Assembly: GCA_002104905.1 (NCBI GenBank)
Contig: MCFE01000455.1
Location: 8,575 to 72,574 of the forward strand
Length of the DNA: 64,000 nucleotides
DNA from: Basidiobolus meristosporus CBS 931.73
Taxonomy: Eukaryota; Fungi; Basidiobolomycota
Direction: 5' to 3'
The notes under the pieces are model-generated. The model did not search any database, had not been told where the DNA came from, and saw nothing but the letters and a program-made list of their open reading frames with translations. Positions 59,908-64,000 of the stretch are shown in pieces (the first letter of the stretch is position 1; each line of letters starts with the position of its first letter). Both the position numbers and the translations under genes were made by a program.

Positions 59908-61696
59908 AAAGGCAGCTGAATTTCTTGGCTCTTTGCTAGCCCCGCATCACAATGCAGCTTTGTATTTCCTGAGTATGGCCAACACTTCTTTCTTACATTC
60001 AATGAGACATGGCTAAATGTGTGTTGTGCAGGCACCAGTGAACATGGCAAAATATTCCTGTCTGCCTAGGGATAAACTTTGCATTGATCCAAGTGAGCTA
60101 GATCTAATCATCATATAATTCTAGCCGTCCGGCGCAAATCATCGAAATTGATAGATCCCAATCTCCAGGTACCATTTCAGTCAGCGATCCTGCATGGCAG
60201 ATTGGTATGACCGAAATCGAGCCCTTTGGAGGTGGATTGTCAAACCTTGATGCTGTGGATTCCGCATTCGCGAGCCTTGTGTGGAAAAAGTGCGCAGACA
60301 CGTGTTGAAACTCTGTAGACCAAAGAGTGCAAGCATACTCGTCAAGGACAGCATATCGTAGTGATAGCACCCATTGGTGGAGACAAACCGTAGCAAAATC
60401 CGGAGAACTCTTGGACCTGGCATGCTTGGAATATTGCTGGGGGCCCTACCACTCAAAAAACCACGGACCCAGCGCATGTATCTTGCTTCACTGAACCCAT
60501 ATTCACAATCAGTTACATATATGGCGTAAAACGTATATTAAGGGGGCATCGAACTCATTTAGACAAGGCTTGAAAGCATTTGGGTTGGGAATGTTGCTTG
60601 GAGATTACCAACCAAAAGGGGAATCAAACCTGTTGACCAACCATAAAATAGTTAAGCGACTACCACTACATTCTGGTCAGACTGCGAGTGAATGATATAC
60701 ATATATATATATGTGTACTTGTTTTCGCCACCGTCCGAAGTTCTAGGCTTGAAAAATCCCATGACGTGATATACGAATATATTCGGATTGTACATTCTTG
60801 GACCCACCCAGAAATTCGGCACCGTGGTCCAATCAAACGCCATGCTGAACCAATGTTGAGATAGGCTGTTATAAAAAGCGAACCTCGCTAGTGAGCAGGG
60901 TTGCCTGGTTTGGGATTGGAAATGGAGTGTTATTGCCGGAAACGAACCTGGAGGCTAGGACTACTGACTTCTTTAAATGAGGCTATCAGAAGTGGATTGC
61001 CTGATGCGTTGCCAAAATCCAAGTGATGATCATTTGGATTGCCTGAGTTGGCATATGGTTGTTGATATGACATGCTGCTCACGTTGTTGCTTGATATCCA
61101 TATGCCATATCCGGGCCAGGGCGATGATATTCTGGCTCTCGCATAGAAGGGGAACGCTGGCGATGCTGATCCGCGTCTCTTCGCGGCGGTAGCGCTCAGC
61201 CCTTGTCGGTGGGTGAGCGTGTGCTCCGTAATCTGGGTGCACTTTAACCCCGAGCCGTCACCCATATCACTGTCTCGGTGACCAGGTATATGACTCGGGA
61301 GGCTGTCTGGCCTCCAAAACAACTTGCCACCTCGACCAATAGAATGCTCGACCGCATCACATCATCCCAACAGCCGGAACCAGAGTCGTGTTCATACCTA
61401 ACCAATGAATCTGTCTCAAGATGGGAATTGCTCGGCTATCGAGTGTATTGGCCCTCCCCTGTCTACGCATAGAATTCCATTTACATACTGTAGTCCACAC
61501 CACCGATGAATGAAGCTAGTGGCCAAGCAATACACGAAGCAAGATCGGGTAAAACAATCCGCTTCTTTTGGAAACACACCCCAATCGATATGGCTCTAAA
61601 CATAGCCGGCATCCCAATCGAATCCGGTCATTGCAGCTGCTCGAAGTCGCAAAGTCCCTAGAGAAAAACGAGGGGGTTGGAGCACAGCCAGAGGGG

Positions 61697-61705
61697 TATA
61701 TATAT
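61697..61705 (+). promoter_or_regulatory. Candidate TATA element of the secreted-protein gene
   Basis: TATATATAT in GC-rich context, 34 bp upstream of the ATG at 61739. Position-based inference only. Confidence 0.4.
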
Positions 61706-61738
61706 GCACCCCGGCTGGGGATACACGCCGACTTCAAC

Positions 61739-64000
61739 ATGGGGCGAAGCATACTATCTGCACTATGTGTAGCGGCACTGAGTGCTCGGCACGTCCTATC
61801 GATCCCTGCCAAGGTTGTCACGGACCTGAATACTGGCATCAACACCGTCCAACACCTGACGACCTTTTCACACGGCGCCGTGGTGACCATTTTGCCCGGG
61901 CATTGTAACGACAACGAGGTTCAGTGTTTGGATCATAACCAGTACCGGAAGTGTGTCAATGGGGTGTGGGAGCTCGACACCTGTGGCGTAGCCAATAATG
62001 GCCAACCGTACACATGTGTCCAAGAGAGCAAGTACCTTGTCTCTTGCGAGTGGATCACTCCGGTAAAGCACGAGAAAGTGGGAAAAGTCACGTCAGTCAA
62101 GAACGAAGTCAAGTACCAACGGGAGCATCACACACTCGTCCAAAGGAAACGGTGTGACGCCAGCACCTTCAAGAGCACATGCAACCACAACACTTACCAG
62201 TATTGCGACCACGGAGTTGTGTATGAATACACATGTCCCGGCGACTCGTACTGCATCAACGGTCTTATGATACCCCAATGCTATAAAATGAACTCCAATC
62301 GGCCTACGGTGTACCCCCCTCCCAATGTCGGCGAATGCACCAATGGCTGGATCACCTGTGCTGGCCAATCATTACAACAGCGGTGCATAAACAACGAGTG
62401 GCAGAATTTCCCTTGCAACGACCATCAATGGTGCAATCCAAATATCGGCGTTTGTGAAGATTTGCATCCTATTCCGGCCGGATCGGGAAAGCCCCTGAGC
62501 ATTACCACGCAGGTAGCCACCATGGTACCGAAAACAACCCAAAAGACCACATACACCACTACGAACCTGTGCCCTGTGAACATCAAGTGTCTCGATGATG
62601 ACACCGGGCCTTTGTATGCTACATGCAAAGACGGCAAGTGGACGGTTCAAAGTTGCATAGAGCATGCAATTTGTGTTGATCTGTTTACTTGGGAAGGACT
62701 GTGGATTGACATCGAATGTGCCGATCAAGTGGCGGCAGTAGAAACTCCCTCAATATTACCATCCATCAGCCCGGATTGTAAGTCCGGCTGCGTGGATTCC
62801 GGCGTCTCTCCGATGATTAGGGTTTGTCAGTCCAACCAGCCTCCTACCTATAACACTTGTGGAGAGGGCTACGTCTGCACGGATGTCAACGGGAAACACC
62901 AGTGCAGGGCTAAGAAGCCTGGATCCCAAACCAAGTCTCCATCTCGACCAAAACACAAGTCTATCTCAAAAACCAGCATAAACCATGTTGCGAAGCCCAC
63001 CAGTACCTCACAATCATCCGAATCTGAAGCGTCTAGTCCAAGTAATCGCCCTGAGAAATCAGATTCACCATCTGCGCATTCTACCGGTGAACACCATCAC
63101 ACGGATTCAACAGTGACGTCGCATTCCTCAAGCCTGTACCACAGTGAGCACGAACCAACTAAGAGTGAGAGTACCGAGAACTCGGGTAATCATACCGAAT
63201 CAGAGGATTCTCATAGTGAGGATCATCCAACCCAAACTGAACATTCTCACCCTGCAAGTATCCAAACAAAACCTACCGACAAATCCAATTCAGCAAGCGA
63301 AAGCCACAGTACACACCCCGATCACTCTCATAGCCTAACCCATAAGGCAGAAACAACATCAAGCACAGCGGTAAAATGCGTTCCGAAATGCCTCGAGCCA
63401 TTTGTCAGTTCCAAATTCATTGGTTGTCCAGACGGAAAGCCTCAACTTCAATACTGCCCCGATGGCCAGATGTGTGTTCCCTATGGAGGTGCAAATTGTG
63501 CCAACGTACCAGAGTCAATCCGGAAAAAGTACATGACCAACTCCAAGATTCCCTCGGCCCACCCAGCTTCTGAACAGAGTACAAGCGATGTGAAGCCTAC
63601 TGGAAAACAAACCACCAGTGAACACAACAGTGAGCTCAGGTCTAAACGGAGCGAATCTTCAGGGCAATCTGCTTATCATTCAGATACAGAGGGAGCTGAA
63701 ACGAAAACTCACCACGCAAAGTCCATGCCGATATCTCAATCGCCCATCAAAAATCATACCAAGAGCAAGTCTACAAGTGAGCATTCTGAGAATTCGGTCC
63801 ATCCCACTGATAGTCACCACTTGACGCCTACCAGGAAGCCTCATTCCTCAAGTGGGACTCATATTAAACACGAGTCTGCCACAAACACGGATAGCGAGAA
63901 ATCAGCTCATCCTATAAAATCTGGTCATTCTTCTCAGCACACAAAGCCAACTGACAAGCCTCATTCTTCTAGTGAAGCCCACTCTGAACACGAGTCCGTT
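61739..64000 (+). CDS. Secreted Cys-module (CBM19-like) protein with His/Ser/Thr-rich linkers; 754 codons visible, runs off the window end
   Basis: Manual translation gives one open frame from ATG 61739 (MGRSILSALCVAALSARHVLSIP, signal-peptide-like) to 64000. Six modules each have six Cys (five in 61904-62905, one in 63377-63499), separated by T-rich and H/S/T/E/K-rich tracts. Absent from the ORF track, presumably because no stop lies in the window. Confidence 0.9.
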   Translation, partial: MGRSILSALCVAALSARHVLSIPAKVVTDLNTGINTVQHLTTFSHGAVVTILPGHCNDNEVQCLDHNQYRKCVNGVWELDTCGVANNGQPYTCVQESKYLVSCEWITPVKHEKVGKVTSVKNEVKYQREHHTLVQRKRCDASTFKSTCNHNTYQYCDHGVVYEYTCPGDSYCINGLMIPQCYKMNSNRPTVYPPPNVGECTNGWITCAGQSLQQRCINNEWQNFPCNDHQWCNPNIGVCEDLHPIPAGSGKPLSITTQVATMVPKTTQKTTYTTTNLCPVNIKCLDDDTGPLYATCKDGKWTVQSCIEHAICVDLFTWEGLWIDIECADQVAAVETPSILPSISPDCKSGCVDSGVSPMIRVCQSNQPPTYNTCGEGYVCTDVNGKHQCRAKKPGSQTKSPSRPKHKSISKTSINHVAKPTSTSQSSESEASSPSNRPEKSDSPSAHSTGEHHHTDSTVTSHSSSLYHSEHEPTKSESTENSGNHTESEDSHSEDHPTQTEHSHPASIQTKPTDKSNSASESHSTHPDHSHSLTHKAETTSSTAVKCVPKCLEPFVSSKFIGCPDGKPQLQYCPDGQMCVPYGGANCANVPESIRKKYMTNSKIPSAHPASEQSTSDVKPTGKQTTSEHNSELRSKRSESSGQSAYHSDTEGAETKTHHAKSMPISQSPIKNHTKSKSTSEHSENSVHPTDSHHLTPTRKPHSSSGTHIKHESATNTDSEKSAHPIKSGHSSQHTKPTDKPHSSSEAHSEHESV

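Noticed and set aside
1-60000. Classical ascomycete RIP (CpA>TpA) as the cause of decay
   Set aside because: The differences I could trace between copies are dominated by CG>TG/CA, and CA/TG remain abundant. A few CAA>TAA and TGG>TAG/TGA stops exist, so a minor non-CpG component is not excluded without counting.
61516-63824. Multiple short ORFs on both strands listed in the track
   Set aside because: They are antisense or off-frame shadows of the single long plus-strand ORF from 61739.
1-64000. tRNA, rRNA, telomeric or centromeric satellite repeats
   Set aside because: None recognised. The only tRNA-related sequences are the 9-12-nt primer-binding sites.

Overview
Eukaryotic, most likely fungal, DNA; an early-diverging lineage is my inference from the transposon spectrum and the secreted Cys-module protein. 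Positions 1 to ~60,000 are a nested transposon block built from about seven families. These are: a two-ORF PIF/Harbinger-related (PHIS) DNA transposon with AGACTTGTTCC TIRs and ANT target duplications (Pangu type) plus its MITEs; a CCCTA-ended CACTA/EnSpm element; two Ty3/gypsy families; two Ty1/copia families, one with a very recent full-length copy at 53141-57826; and a 1.07-kb solo LTR. Older copies are progressively stripped of CpG, and the CpG-poor block ends sharply at ~60.1 kb. Beyond it lies unique CpG-rich DNA with one long ORF missed by the ORF track (61739 to window end). It encodes a secreted protein with six 6-Cys modules and His/Ser/Thr-rich linkers. No rRNA, tRNA, CRISPR or prokaryotic system was seen. 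The most unusual structure is that both youngest Pangu copies sit inside oppositely oriented older copies of themselves, creating long inverted repeats, and a Pangu-derived fold-back MITE is also present. All coordinates and identities were read by eye; the ends of degenerate fragments are approximate.
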